A stretch of 64,000 nt of DNA. Origin: Eledone cirrhosa (lineage: Eukaryota). The DNA is taken from contig OZ024753.1 in assembly GCA_964016885.1 (NCBI GenBank), positions 3,410,001 through 3,474,000 of the forward strand, read 5' to 3'. The position numbers were made by a program, and so were the translations under genes. Positions 1 through 16,256 of the stretch are shown one piece after another. How positions within the stretch are numbered: the stretch's first letter is position 1; the number at the start of each line of letters is the position of its first letter. A model generated the notes under the pieces. That model ran no database searches and was not told where the DNA came from. It saw nothing but the letters and a program-made list of their open reading frames with translations.

Positions 1-18
1 TATATATATATATATATT

Positions 19-49
<31 letters not shown>

Positions 50-172
50 GTATGTATATATATATATATATATTTATATGTATGTATATATATATATATA
101 TATATTTATATGTATGTATATATATATATATATTTATATGTATGTATATATATATATATATTTATATGTATG

Positions 173-203
<31 letters not shown>

Positions 204-298
204 ATATATATATATATTTATATGTATGTATATATATATATATTTATATGTATGTATATATATATTTATATGTATGTATATATATATATATTTATATG

Positions 299-340
<42 letters not shown>

Positions 341-465
341 TATATATACATATATATACACATATATATATATATACATATTCATGCATATACATATATA
401 CGTGTGTGTGTTTGTGGTTTGTGTGTGTATGTTTGTGTGTGCTTGTGTTTGTGTGTGTGTGTGTA
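1..465. repeat. Compound (TA)n/TATG/(GT)n microsatellite
   Basis: Directly visible. Confidence 0.95.
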
Positions 466-2438
466 TAAATATACACACATTATATATATATGTAATTTTA
501 GGTATGCTTAGCTGCAGATAACTATTTTTATAATCGCATCTTCTTCTCTTTTTAATGATTGGCCTTTTTATTACCGACTCTACGAGATCTCTACGTGACT
601 ACTTTGTTAGTTTAAAAAAATATATTTATAAACCGTTGACCAATTAAGTATATTAATTTCCCCACCCTTTCTAAAATCATTCGGTACGAATACATTCACC
701 CTCAGCTCGCCAAACATTACTACACATCCACCGTCTTTAACACTTACAACTATATTATACATATATAGCCAGTCTCTTACTATGAAACGACGTTGATACT
801 CAAGCAATGGTGTATACGCTGACACCGCGCTTGGCCTTAACACGACAACGTGAGAGAACCCCTACGACATTTTTCATCATGCTAGAAATAGTCGCCAAAT
901 CTTAAGTAAATAAAAAATCAATTAAATAATATAGTGTTATATACAACTAAAACATGTTCATGGCTGGAAATCCTCAAATATGACCTGGTGTTAAAGCGAA
1001 GCAACTTCAAATATAAAGGGCCATATTACGATATTTAGATGCCCTAAGTACTGAAACGATTATAGTACCGTGATATATACTGTATGGGGAGAAAAGAGTG
1101 TCCATATACTCTATTGAAAAAAAAAACTGTGTGACCTCTGTTTATTTGAGTCTTTACGTACATGCTGAATTTGCTTAATGGTTAATCCAAGGCTGGAACT
1201 ATATCGCAAATATTTCCATGAAACAGTACTGAAATAAAATTCGTGACATATCTAATAGTCGAATTATAAACTTCAACATCTTTATCAATACATGTAGTAC
1301 TATTATACCATCGTATTGCTACATCGAATAAAGTAACATTCAGCAGAGTTACTTATGAGCCAGGAACTCAGTTACCACCAAGTTTATTATACCTATTAAC
1401 ACAACACAAATTAGCAATTACAAACACTATTAAATACCACCATTACAAAATAGTCCTCAGCACACAAGTGATGCATTTCGGGAGTGGTCGATCTGAGAGG
1501 AACAGCAGGATTTTCAAATCATTTCTAAATGTTATTTTAAAAAGTAAACAGCATATTCTAAACTACATTCACTAATGTAGTTTAGGCTATACTGTTTGAA
1601 AAAAGAGATATGATAGTCATAACTGGAAGGTCTTCGATCATAAGTTTACATAATCTTTGTTGACTTGGAGTACTATAATAACATATAGTAAAGCCACAAA
1701 TCAAGCATCTACATCTCCACCATTAAACTTCATATTCCTACAAACATAACTCACACTACTACGTCAAGAACAAACAAACATGTTTATTATAACCTTCGGT
1801 AAACCACATGATGCCAAACACTTTCTGAATAAATGCCACTCCGTCGTTAATGCCAACACCAACACCAACACCAACACAACTGCCAACAACAACATCCTTA
1901 AGATCACCAGCCATAAGAATATCACCTACATTACCATCATGCTATTAATGCTAAGCTATCATTATATCCACCACTAGTAATAGTTTAAACAAATAAGTTA
2001 ATTTTGAAACGAAACCTCGTTGCAGTCAAAGAGATAAACGTTGATATCTTCACTACCGTTTTGGCGAGTGATGCCTACTTAATGCAGAATTTCTTTCGCA
2101 TACTAGTAAAAAAATGGTGCGTGTCGGATGAACATATTTAACGTTGGAGATCACACGCTTCATCCTTTGTTCTTTTATTAAAAACTGCACATTTAATATT
2201 ATTATTATTATTATTATTATTATCATCATTGTACTCCTCCTCTTCCTCCATTATCATCATCATCATCATCATCATCATCATTGCTGTTGTAGTTGATATT
2301 TTAGTTTCACTTATAGCTTAACAACAGACAGGCATATAATGTACAGAAGTGTTTCTAGATATTATTAGGTATACACAAGTGTGTATGTAATTATGTTTGA
2401 GTCCCCTTCTCGCTCTTCCTCCTTCTGTCTCCACCCCT

Positions 2439-2478
<40 letters not shown>

Positions 2479-2808
2479 TATCTCTCTCTCTCTCTCTCTC
2501 TGTCACTCTCTCTGTGTATGCATAGATTCTCATACAGGTGTATATGTATGCATGTATGTATGTATGTGTTTATAAGATTGCGAAAAGAAAATTGAGTATA
2601 AGCCAAATATGGAAAAATCCGACACCTAAAGATAGTTTCAACTCTCGTTTTCCTGTTAAGTAAAACCACAAATAAACAGCTTCCACAACTATCATAACTA
2701 TCATAAGCAAACCTCGCTCTGGCGAGTAACAGTGCCACCAACAGCACCAGCCCCACCAGCAGAAAAGCTACAAAATCTACAAAACATAAAATGACAGAAA
2801 GAAAATAT

Positions 2809-2967
2809 CAGACCTGCTAACCTGTAAAAGACCCAAGCTGGGAATACCATGAAAAAAATCCCCCAAAACGGGGACAAATGGGGCAAAATTGGGAGCTTTT
2901 CATATGAAAACTTTACCCCTTTTCACATGAGAATACATAATACATCTTTCACCACCTCAAAGGTCTG
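2809..2967. mobile_element. Same MITE family, diverged copy
   Basis: CAGACCTGCTAACC start, a body similar to the 35320 copy, and a probable AGGTCTG end. Confidence 0.55.
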
Positions 2968-3779
2968 AAATGAAAACAAATCAGCATGACTGATTCGGAG
3001 GTATTCGTTCCCTCATCTATGTATAGATGCAACATTGCCGAACGGTTCAGAAATTTGTTTTGCAATTAATAGGCGTTGTGGGCAAGTGTCATACACCTTC
3101 ATTTCATCCATGTTTTCTGAGTGAAAATTAGTAGATAGAAACTGTTTGGAAGACCGTTAAATCATATTCGTATCCAAAATGACTCAATTCAACTAGAACT
3201 AGATATAGTCTAGAAATAATTTGATAGTGGAAACACCAACAGCAATAGAAACTGTTGTATATAGCGAGAGAAGGGGCTGTACTCTCATTAGGTTAGTTCT
3301 TCTCTTATTGCCCCGAAATGATCAAAGGCAAACGAGACTTCGATGGTATTTGAACGCTGAGTAGTGAGAGCCAAAGTATATATTGCAACACATTATATCC
3401 GATGATCTAATGACTCCACTAAATCAAGCGCCTTATATATTTGTATGAAGGAGCAACAAGGAAAAAAACGAGTACTCAATGTGAACTTTAAAGCGATAAA
3501 TGGTGTAATATTTATTATTGGAATGCGAAACTTCGCAATTTTTCCTTTCTAATCCTCGTACGATCATGGAAAATGGAAATTGAGAAAATTACTTAAAGAT
3601 CATACAATTGATATGTTTCAATATCAAAGCAAATTTTAATTGGGTAAACATAAAAATAAATGAGGGAAATTCTCTTTCAGGTTAGCTCTATGTTTTTTGC
3701 AAGCAACATAAAAATGTATATATATATCGGTATATAGCTGTGCATTTTTCTATCTATCTAACTTTTCCCTCTTCCTATA

Positions 3780-5105
<1,326 letters not shown>

Positions 5106-5111
<6 letters not shown>

Positions 5112-5265
5112 TAATAAATTTGAAGACTAAAATAATCCAAAGAGGGCTCAATAAGGATAAATATATATCAGATATATAAGAACCGTCGAGCAAATATTTA
5201 TTAAAATAACAGATTAAAGTTTAAGCAAAGAATCGCTGCTTTCACCCTTGACGGGATCTTCTGAA
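5106..5265 (-). mobile_element. Family C TA-associated element (single arm plus tail)
   Basis: cagattaaagtttaagcaaagaatcgctgctttcaccc is shared with the copies at 27964, 37402, 53540, 60849 and 60951. Confidence 0.7.
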
Positions 5266-5353
5266 ACTAAAAAAGTCAATCTGTGAACGCAGATGTAAAT
5301 ATTTCAAAAAATGTTGCAACCGGAGGAAGGCAGGAAAACGATACTTTGGTTCG

Positions 5354-5597
5354 TGGAGACGTTCCCTGGCAAAGAACGAAAAAAAAACGAAGATAATACG
5401 TCATTATTTGGTGCGATGAAAACAGTTACACGCAAAGGCAAAACCACGTTTATGGTATACATGAAGTTGTAGACTAACATTTTATTAGGTGATACATGGA
5501 GACGTTCTCCAATGAACGGAAAAAACGAAGATAATACGTCATTATGTGGAACTTTGAGAACAATTACACGCAAATACAAAACCACGTAAATGGTATA
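5354..5597. repeat. Diverged direct duplication (~100-bp units, ~144-bp period)
   Basis: tggagacgttc..acgaagataatacgtcattat..ttacacgcaaa..caaaaccacgt..atggtata occurs twice. Confidence 0.85.
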
Positions 5598-6373
5598 ACT
5601 GTGTATATATATGTGTATATATTCATATATACACACACGCACACACAATTTAGAGTTGACAGAAAACATTGATTAGAGAAAGGAAGGTGGAGAGAAAAGA
5701 ATAGAAACAAGGAAAGCAAAGGAATGTATGAAACATCAACGGAATGTGAAAGACATACAATATTCATGAATGTACTTGATAAAAACGATTAAAATACGAT
5801 TAGCTCAAGTTGAATGTAATATGAAACATTTTAATAGGTTCGATTTATTTAGAAACAAATCTGATTTCAATAAATAACTGAAGAAATGTGTTTCTATGTG
5901 ATTGTATAAAAACTGGAAAAACAAATATCCAATATATTTTTTATTAAAATAGTGTAAGGCATATAGGCAGAGAAGCTGCACATACAGCCAATAATTTCAT
6001 GTTTTTGCAAGGCAGGTATCACAAAGAAGACAATTGTAATTAAACCTAGGGCGAGACATTATTAATACTCCTTCAAAACTTTTACATAGTGAATATCTGA
6101 CAAACCACATAGGAAAAATAAGTTATGATATCTATAGTTCGGCGGAAGTAACGTTTCACTTTTGAAGAGAAACTCATAGATGCAGTTGTTAATGCTGTGT
6201 TAATAAATATATTTATTATGTTCTACTACATCATAAACTAATATTGATTTCTGTATTGTAGTTTCAATTTCACCTGTCTTTACAAATAAAAATACTTTAA
6301 TTTATACATATATGTGTGTAGACACCCATACACACAAACGCACACATACACACAGACACATAACATACATACA

Positions 6374-6419
<46 letters not shown>

Positions 6420-6887
6420 GATAGATACATACATATATAAGGGGAGATAGATGGAGATAAATATTTACGTACATACCTACATACTTATATTGGTAGCAGG
6501 CAGCTCCAAGCTGTGCATTATTAGATTTATTCATTCAAATATCATACATGCAAAATCAACCATATATATATACACACATAAATATTGCTAAAGAATGGTT
6601 TGGACCATACACCTGCATGTGCTTGCATGCGCTTACGGACTATATAATCTTTCATGTTGCTTAGGAATTCATACACATACTCAAAACGTAGAACCACATA
6701 TACACGTAACTACACAGTTGTATATATATATCATTACGTTGTAAGCGTTTATGTTATTAAGATGTCAAGATCTTCATTATTCCTTTACAAACATGCAATT
6801 TCAACAGCTACAGCAGACGATCTCGCTTATAAACGCAACATGTTGCAACCATCTCATTCATGGATATAAACATACACACACACATAT

Positions 6888-6935
<48 letters not shown>

Positions 6936-7068
6936 GTTTGGTGATGTGTGCATGCTTTGTTAAAAAGAACTGAACATAATAGCAATACAGAAATACACAC
7001 ACGTTACACATTTATATGTCTATACATATGCGCATATGCCTCTTTCGCTAATCTTCTGCTCCCCCTCT

Positions 7069-7108
<40 letters not shown>

Positions 7109-7899
7109 ATATCTATATATTTGTAGACATACGTGTGCGCATTATATAACGCATATATATATATGTATATATATATATATTTAAGTTTAGACACACACGC
7201 ACAATAAGGCTATATATATATATATGTATTTGTATACTTGCAGCATATTTCAACTAGCATTACTCATCTCACAGCACGGTTTGCGTGATGTTTGAATGAG
7301 AGTTTTCAAGACTGATTTTAGAACGTTTCAGTAAAGAATAGGTTAGTAATAGCATTTAGTACAATCCATAGTTGTTTCTAGTAAACAAGTTCATATTGCA
7401 CAATCTTTTTAGAAATGTTGTTTTATTTTGCTTTTATCTGCTAGCATCCGGTTAGATTTTAACAAAACTATTTGATTATGATAGACATATCTCGAGAGTC
7501 AGTATTATAGTTTCATTCAGAAACGTAGTGAACTAACTGTAAAAAGAATAAAATCCTAATCTTGTTAAATCTGTGTCAAACACTATTAATGTCTAAACAT
7601 GTTCGCATATTAGCAGACTCTCACACATGTACACGTACGCATACATAAATGTACATAGCTCCATACAGGTAGACACAATAAGAAACACAAACGCACATTC
7701 AAATACACACATGCATTGAAATTAAAAAGGGAAAACTGAAATAGAAATAAAATTGAAAATATATAACCCCATGAATTTATAGATATCTTTCTCTATTTCG
7801 TTTCTCAATGCCAAAGTATATATATGCGCGCGCGGACACACACACACACACACGCACATATATATATATATATATGTGTGTGTATGTATGTGAGTATAT

Positions 7900-7933
<34 letters not shown>

Positions 7934-7967
7934 ATATGTGTATATATACCAATATATATATATATAC

Positions 7968-8145
7968 ATTGTTATATTTGTATATTTGGGGAATGTCATA
8001 TGGCCAATAAAATACACACGCACTATTTGATTTTCATTTCAGATTTATGAATAGTTATCAGTTAGTTCATGAAAGTTCGTTCGTCACACATTCTGTGACC
8101 TCCGCAATGATTTCTTTTCCACTGTGCCTCCTCTTTATTCTGGGC
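7968..8145 (-). mobile_element. Older diverged family N copy with decayed hammerhead
   Basis: Matches the 59456-59680 arm (gtcacacattctgtgacc helix II retained) and starts at a TA tract. Confidence 0.65.
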
Positions 8146-10792
8146 CTAAATGTTTTACTCCATCCACTACCGTCTTCTCTCAGCTTTTTGAATAACATGG
8201 ATTTATGTAAGGCTAACTGCTGCATGTATATGGCTCACATCCATTCGATTCCTTTCCCCGGTGGCTGGTCATCTCAACTGGAATTTGAATATATGGGATC
8301 GGCCAAATTACCGAGTATCCTGCTTTCCGGCCCTCTGAAGTTTTCTCAAACACATTACCTCTGGCAGGTACTTTGTTTATCGACTAGTTATGGACGTCAT
8401 GTATGTAGTAGCCTTTTCTACTTTTCATTATAGTAAAGTATAGTTTATCATAATGAAGTGTTTATTGTGATCTAGAGAGGTTCCCATATTTTCACACGCC
8501 AAGCGATGTTCGTGTTTTTCCTGAAGGTAGCACCATACTGTGATATTCCAATATTTCTATTTTGACTATTTAAGACATTTCTCCTTCAACTTTGCATTGC
8601 AAAGGAATTGGGTACAAGCTGCTGCTGCTAGCGTTGCTGCTATTGTTATTGCTTTAGAATTTAGGTATATTTTTACTGTTATTGTTGTTTTTATTACAAT
8701 GCTATCTACCATTTGATGGTCAGGTACATAATTACAAAGTCGCTTTATTAAATTCCTCTACTGCTTAGCTGCCATTTACCGCTAACTGAAACACGAAATA
8801 GAACAATTTTTCCTCACAACTACGTTAGCCGTCGAGTAATCAGAAAATCTTTGCTTATAAACTTGTGATAAATGAACAAAAAGCAGAGATAATACTATAA
8901 AACGTTGCGAAGGAATGAAAGACTGAAAGAAAATAGATGGAAATTCAAGGGGAAAATGGATACGTATGTTCAGCCTATCTACATTCTTAATAATTCTGAT
9001 ATCTTAGATGTTGCTGATGGTAGTTATGGTGGAAGTGTGGCTGGTACAAGTCGTTGATCCAATGTTTAGTCTCTTGGAGCTCTAAGTGAGCCGAAGTTAA
9101 CATTTCATTTTGATTCACTGAGATTGCTAAAATTATTAACCAGTGTAGTTATTATTTTAGCAATGTTACTGTAACACACACGGCTGTGTAAAACATATCT
9201 GGCATTATAGGAAGTTTTTAGGCCCCTTGCTCACAGGAGAGAAACAACAATTCTGAAGGTATCTGTCTGCCGGGAAATAATTTCTAATGTCGTCTTAATT
9301 GTAAGCAAAACAACACAAACAGGATTTGCAAGTAGAAAGTCGATAAGTATTCACCATTAGATAAAACTCAGTACTATGTCGGCTAAATTCATTAAACCAA
9401 TCATAAGAATTTCTAAAAATTATAATTTTATAAAACAGATTTTATACGACATTTGTATAAGTCTAATATTCTTCATGAGAAAAATTACAGTAGTATAATT
9501 TTATCGAGGCAGCAATATCAAAGATGGGATTGCAATGAGTTTACACCCTTCTAGCTGTTGAACTAAAAACATCATGACAGTTAAGGAATGTGTCTCTCAT
9601 CTACCTCGTATTTGGCACGATTGAAATGATACACCAAGCATTTCTGTAAGGATATTGACAAACTATAAATTTAGACATAAGCACTTTCCATAAAATAGCA
9701 TACTGGAATCGGTAAACATTGTCATAACATACTCAAACAAAATCTGCTAACCTTGAACATTAATCATTTTAAACATATTTGTTAACCAGCAAGTCGTCTA
9801 TAGTTCCCAGACTGAAAGAACTACAGAATAGGCTGATCAGTTGATATTCATCGAAGCCTGTATTTACACTGAAAATGTCGTCGCTCTTGATTCCTAATAA
9901 TCCTTTATAGAATGCTAGAGATGTAACACCGACCCCATTATTCAAATGCTAGAGAACTGTGAGTAAATGATAACTTTGTAGAAGCCATGCGCCCAATCCT
10001 TTTCTTAGTTTGACCAACAAGTGCAGCTTCTCACAATGTTATGCTTTTATTCCTATTTTTCTCATACACAATTCTCATTCTTACTGATACTATTTTGACT
10101 CGTATGCTCCCCATGCAGCTTATTTCAATTTGAAAGTGCTTGGCTTTGAATTTCCTTCAGAGGAATGATTTGGTTTGATGGTATCGATATGTCTATCAGA
10201 GAACAAAGAGTTTTGTTCAAGGTCTTGATAATTGTATCTGGGAGGTTTGAGTGCAACTCGTTCTCACTCTAAATAGGCATATCTTAGATCAGGACCGACC
10301 AACATATGGAATACAGGCTCAAGGTGTTATGCAAAAATATAATTTGAATTAGTGAATTTAGTATATAAAAAATAATAAAACCACAAACTTCAATTTATCA
10401 GGTGCTGCCCCAAGAGGAGATGTTTGGGTTCAGTGATGCACAGTCGCAAAATTAAAATCAAAAGTAGAATAAAGACAATTTAAAAAGAAATAAAGGGATA
10501 GAAATGTTCGTTCGTAATATTTGACCATCTGTCTAGGGCAACAATATTTGTATTAATTTGATCTCTGAGTTTACTAATATTGTTTGTAATTAGTACAATA
10601 TGATCAAAGGCTCTTAACAGGCATTTTAAAGAATGCCTTCTAGAATGTAAAACAAAATGTAAAACACAAATATAGCAAAAATGATAATCTGCCGCTTAAT
10701 TATATTTTATAAGATCAACACTAACAAAGATAAATGATCCGAAAATGATTCACGGCACCAATGTTCCTAGTGTAGTGGAGATTGCTTTGTAT

Positions 10793-11127
10793 AGGCCGGT
10801 AATTTGAAGGGAAGGGGGAAGGCGGTTAAATAGACCCAAGAGCGTTACTGGTTCTTTATTTTATCGACGGAGTAAGGAAAAAGGACCAAGGTATCCACAG
10901 TGGAATTTTAACACAGAACTTAACTATATAGCACAAAGTATATTGCCATTCCACCACACGTCTAATTATCATAATAATGATTTCTGATTTAGGCACAAGG
11001 CCAGCAACTTTGAGGGAGGGAAAGTCAATTAAATCGAACCCAGTACATTACTGGTGCTTTATGCTATCGAGCCCGTAACGATGAAAGGCAAAGCTAACGT
11101 CTACCGACCCTGTCAATCCACTGCCCT
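10793..11127 (-). mobile_element. Two old S1-related SINE remnants
   Basis: ttactggt..ttttatcgac and ggcacaaggccagcaa motifs. Similar decayed copies lie near 3290-3432, 51990-52120 and 57275-57390. Confidence 0.6.
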
Positions 11128-11461
11128 TTTAATAATCATAATTCTAAAAATTGTTTTTACAGGTATGAGAGGTGGGGGAAAGGTCCGGCCCGTGGGTGGG
11201 GAAAATAGAGGGTACGGGGGTGTCATGGGTGTGGTTGTGTGTGTGTAGGGGGAAGCTTTTGTGTATTTGTGTGTGTCTATGTTTGGGCATGTGGGTGCGT
11301 CCATCCGTGTGTGTGTGACTTATTTCTTTTATTTTTGCATATATATATATAATCATATGTACGGGCGTGTGCACATACATGCGTGCATATATTGTGCATT
11401 TGCTTGTGCCTTTGCGCGCACAAACACACACATGGAGATATATACGCACACACACGCGCAC

Positions 11462-11495
<34 letters not shown>

Positions 11496-14400
11496 GGAGA
11501 GAGAGAACAAGAGAGAGGATGTAAATGTGGGTGAGAGATATCTAATAATGTGTTGGTTAAATTGTCTGTAGCCAAGAGAAATTGAAATGCTATACTTGCT
11601 TCAGAGGATTTTGATATTTTATAGTTTTTAGATTCATCATCATCATTAACAATAAAGAAAGTATTATAATTATTAATATTTCTATTTATTTATTATTATT
11701 GTTATCGTTAGTTATAGTATTATTATTGTTGTTGATTTTATTATTGTTATGATGTGGTTGTTATTGTTGATATTATTAAGAGGAACCAAAGCATCGTACG
11801 ATAGATTATTATAAAACAGAAACAAAACCACGAGTAAAAAAACAATATCAATATGAGCGTGATATTTGCAAGAAAATATCAAGGTGCAATAATTACTTCC
11901 GGGAGCAATGCAAATTTCACAACGTTGATGAAGGTCTTCATTTGATCTAAATTAACTGAGTTTACAAAGCGTTTTAGAAGAATTATAGCTGTTGGTAAGA
12001 TTTGAAAATGAAATAAATAAGATTCTAGTTTGATTTCACTTTACGCAGGAATCTCACCTTTTATAATTGAATCAGTTTTAATGTCCAAATAGAAATGAGA
12101 CAATTAAACAAAATTATCCGATATTCAGACAGTACATTCAGATGATGCCTACTGCAGAGATCACTAAAATGACACACACTATAGAACCATCACAGACACT
12201 TAATAACTACGAAAGAAGAGAGTTATTGATTGTAAAATAGATACCCTACACACACGCACAAATACACTGATACAATTTAAAACACGAAAATACAGGCACA
12301 CACACACAGACATACAACCAATATAGTCAGATACAGACATACACATACATACAGAGATGATATTGAACAATAATAAGACATTTTTAAATTTTCTAAATTA
12401 TAAACCCACCCTTTATACTGTAGATAATATACGGCTCTTGGAGAAGAGCCATGGTTCAAAATATATTTTTGCATAAGAACGTTTCACACTCTTATATTAG
12501 GAGAAACTATATCATCCACTCCTATATATTTACATATTTCTACACATGCATTCACATTTAGACTTGAAGGAGACAGAGAGTGACACCAGAACGAGAAGGA
12601 TTAATGGTTAATACCAAATGTCCTGAGTCAAAGATCAGATAATAATATGTGGTCACATCTATTCGTTAATAATGGCGATCAAATATCTGTTGAAGTAAAT
12701 GAAGCGAAATATATATGACATATTCATGTTGTTTTGTGTGAGTAAACGAAAATAAAAAGAAAAACAATAGTTGTGTGTGCAAACTTGAATGAGTGTTTAT
12801 AAGATGAAAGACGTGTATGCAACATTTGATAATGTAGTGTGCAGGAATTGTAGTAGCGGTATTGCGAAACGTCAGTGTAGTGTGAGAATGTATGAGATTC
12901 AGTTCAATCATCTATGTTTAATTTGGTAGTAATTTTCTGTTCCTTAATGTTAATTTCATTAATAATATTCTTGTCTACTTTCAAAACGTTATTAGCGATA
13001 GCTGTGTATTGTAAATATTACATCGATAGGTAGACTTGTTCATGTAATTGTTTTTCTTCTGAAAAAAAACTTTAGTAATTCCGCAACATACTATAATGGT
13101 AATTTTCTAAGACGTTGTATAATGAAATAAACCAAAAATATAAACGTATATAGATGAAACTACAAGGGTCGGTCGAAAAGTTCTGAGGCTGAATATGAAG
13201 AAATGATGCTAGAGCTATGAACTCTTCCATGCATTAATTTCAACTCTTCTCATTAGCAACTGCATTGTTTCTTTCCAGGCACTATGATGACAAATAAACC
13301 CCATTTAAAATTTAGCTTATATCTTCTCATGCATGTAGTGTCCTAGCATAAATATTTTTGCGTGAAACATTGGGGTAGTTGCTGGAATGCAAAATAATAA
13401 ACGTAAATTATACAAATCCGTATAATGAATGAGTAAAGGGGTAAAACAATCAACGATGTATTTGTTCAAAAGTATAACAACTTGACAATTGCCTATGTGT
13501 AAACATTTCAGGAAAAGTCTGATATTATAAGGAAAATAGGTTGCGGCGTTCGGGTGTCTTAGAAATAATTAAAATCTCACGTAATAATCATCAAATCATG
13601 TAGTTATTATTATTTCTTTTTAAACAGAGAATAATGAGAAATCCCCAATGCATGAATAGCTGTTGAAACAGCAAAATATCGTCAATGACAGCGTCGAGTA
13701 AACATTACCTCAATGAACAGAAATCAGTGACTAGAAAAGTATGTTGGTAACTTTTACCCGACGCTGTCATTAACAGTTATTCATCCGTTGAGTTTATCTC
13801 ATTATTCTATGAATTCTCATAGACTCGCGCTCCATCACGGTGTTCGAGACATCTTTGTTTATATATTATTTATCATATTCAGTATGTGGAATATATATTA
13901 TTAATTGAATGTGTGATTGGGTGACACATAATTGCTCAGTAAATATTTCAATGTCTGTCTGCAATAACATAACCTTTCTGTTTGCTTGTCTTGACTGCAA
14001 ACGCCTGGTGTCTCTGTTTGGTAGTCGTGAGTGTTAGTAATGAAATAATATAAAAAATAATTTTGCTTTAAACTTGCATCTTTCCTAGTAGATTTAAACA
14101 TTAACATTGAAATACCATCGACCTTGTTCTTTAAAAAAAACAAAACAAATTTGCTTGAAAAGCCGTGTGGAAAATGTTTTTAAATGTACGAGTATGTTGA
14201 TAAAGGGTAACATTAAACCAATTCATGTTTAAACAAATATAATATTTGGTGGAGAATAGTTAGCGTATTAAAGCTTTCGAAACACAATTGACGTTAAGTA
14301 CGCAATGGTTTGGAATAATGCAGTTATATGAAGAAGAGGCTATAATATTGTTAATTTAAATGGTTACAGGAGATTTTAAATATTTTACAAATAAAATAGA

Positions 14401-14546
14401 ATATTTCGATCGAATTTCTATTAAAATATTTATGGTATCTATGCTTCATCACAAAATGAAAAGCGATTAACTATAAGAAGTTTCTGGCAATATGCATTCA
14501 TCTTTTCAATGAGTTGTGTATTGCATTTAGGAAACAAATTATTATC

Positions 14547-14577
<31 letters not shown>

Positions 14578-14733
14578 GTCTGCTTTCCAGATATTTTCAA
14601 TTGCCATATAAGGACGTTCACTAATACATATATGTGTGTGTGTTTGTTTGTGTGTATGATTTATGCTTACACACACACACACATATACATACACACACAG
14701 ACACACATTATATATATATATACACACATATAT

Positions 14734-14778
<45 letters not shown>

Positions 14779-15156
14779 TGAATGTATCCACGGCTGTTTC
14801 ACATTAGTATCTCTCTTTTAAAACACTTTCATACTTCTGCTGTTTTCATTCTCTGAGAATATGTAAAAACAACATGAAGTTGTTTTAATTTTAGCCTTTC
14901 AAATAATGTGAAGTCTTTCAACTGTGGTTGCCAGCAGAATCGGGTCTTTACAAGTACTGCTAACTACCTGCTTTCCAGATATTTTACTGTTTCCACACAA
15001 GGACGCTCACAAGAACCAAAAATACGAACAGAAATAATGATGCCTAAGTTTGGCACATAGCCACAGTATTTTGGGTAACGCTATCGTGTCGATTAAATCG
15101 AGACCATTTTTTGGCGGGTAAATTATTTCAAAGACGCCGGATATATATATATATAT

Positions 15157-15393
15157 AAAGAACTAAAGATGAAATCGAAAATGCAACTGGAGTCTTATTT
15201 AAAAAAATATATATATATTTATTTGGTTCCTTTACCGGTTTCGCAGTTCTTCTGCTTTTTAAAAGTAGAGTTGAGATGGAGAGTCTGTGGTTTTTCTCAC
15301 ATCTTTGAGATGTGAGAAAAACCACAGACCCTCCATCTCAACTCTACTTTTGAAAACCAGAAGAACTGCGAAACCGGTAAAGCAACCAAATAA

Positions 15394-15462
<69 letters not shown>

Positions 15463-15597
15463 AATAAATATATATATATATATATATTTAAAAATAAGAC
15501 TCCAGTTGCATTTTCGATTTCATCTTTTTTTCTGTATACTTTCACTCGTGTAGAACACCTCGGTTATTGTTCATTTTGTGAAAAAACCTCACTTTAT
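15157..15597. mobile_element. Penelope-like fold-back element, family A
   Basis: Arms at 15165-15304 and 15308-15527 (the right arm has an expanded TA tract) around a 3-nt loop, a tail to ~15597, and (TA)n on both sides. Confidence 0.75.
15347..15382 (+). ncRNA. Hammerhead ribozyme with U3-A8 covariant core (UUGAAAA), family A
   Basis: CUU-UUGAAAA-(C)CAG AAGAA CUGC-GAAA-CCGG-UA-AAG. The opposite arm has an intact GCAG/CUGC helix II. Helix III is the palindrome ACCGGU. Confidence 0.65.
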
Positions 15598-15606
15598 AAT
15601 ATATAT

Positions 15607-15673
<67 letters not shown>

Positions 15674-15744
15674 ATTTTTATCTAAAGACATTTTTTTCTA
15701 ATTCCAACCCGCCCGTACCCTCAATCTATCTTATTTCTCATTAT

Positions 15745-15782
15745 TTCTTCTGATGAAGGGCTAGCGTCCAAAACGTTAGAAC
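15745..15782 (+). ncRNA. Hammerhead ribozyme motif, G12A mutant (family Q)
   Basis: CUGAUGA-A-GGGC UAGC GUCC-AAAA-CG-UU. The surrounding sequence (to ~15862) matches 61195-61315 on the minus strand. Confidence 0.6.
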
Positions 15783-15959
15783 CCTCTTCCTGCTATATCA
15801 AGCGTTAACCTAATATATCCCTTCCATATACTGTACCGATTGTGTTAATTCTGTTTACCTTTTACATACATATATATATATATGTGCGTGTGTGTGTGTG
15901 CGCGTGTGTGTGTATATATACATGTACATATATATATAAATAATTACAACAGTGATATA

Positions 15960-16008
15960 AACAGGTACTCAAGTTTCGTTGGGTTCTGGGCCCCAATTTC
16001 TTCAGCCT
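15960..16008 (-). ncRNA. Hammerhead ribozyme, inverted-arm copy of family B (helix I 5' strand truncated)
   Basis: The minus strand reads AGG-CUGAAGA-AA-UUGGG..CCCAA-C-GAAA-CUUGAG-UA-CCUGUU. Confidence 0.75.
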
Positions 16009-16013
16009 CTCAT

Positions 16014-16065
16014 AACAGGCTGAAGAAATTGGGGGCCAGAGCACAAAGAAACTTGAGTACCTGTT
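16014..16065 (+). ncRNA. Minimal type I hammerhead ribozyme (family B)
   Basis: AACAGG-CUGAAGA(16020-26)-helix II-GAAA(16048-51)-CUUGAG-UA-CCUGUU. Helix I is a perfect 6 bp, helix III is ACU/AGU, and the cleavage triplet is GUA (after 16059). Confidence 0.85.
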
Positions 16066-16177
16066 TATGTCACTGTTGTAATTATTTATACTAAACTAGT
16101 AATATGAACTGAGTGCTCTTACTCTTGGATATTTCCAGTTAAATCTTACTTCAGTACACACATATATATATATGCAT

Positions 16178-16256
16178 ATTACCCACTCTACTGCCCCAAG
16201 TATCGAGCACTCTGGTGGGTTATGGTCCAACTGATTTTTTACCACATCCTATCTGA
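16178..16256 (+). mobile_element. Tail-only fragment of family R
   Basis: attacccactctactgccccaagtatcgagcactctggtgggttatggtcca.. matches the family R tails. Confidence 0.7.

Larger units (their letters stand above)
15935..16156. mobile_element. Penelope-like fold-back element, family B
   Basis: Inverted arms at ~15935-16008 and ~16017-16090, an unpaired tail to ~16156, (TA)n/(CA)n flanks, and a hammerhead in each arm. Confidence 0.75.

Noticed and set aside
8900-10700. Old LINE ORF remnant
   Set aside because: No convincing RT or endonuclease motif could be read by eye.
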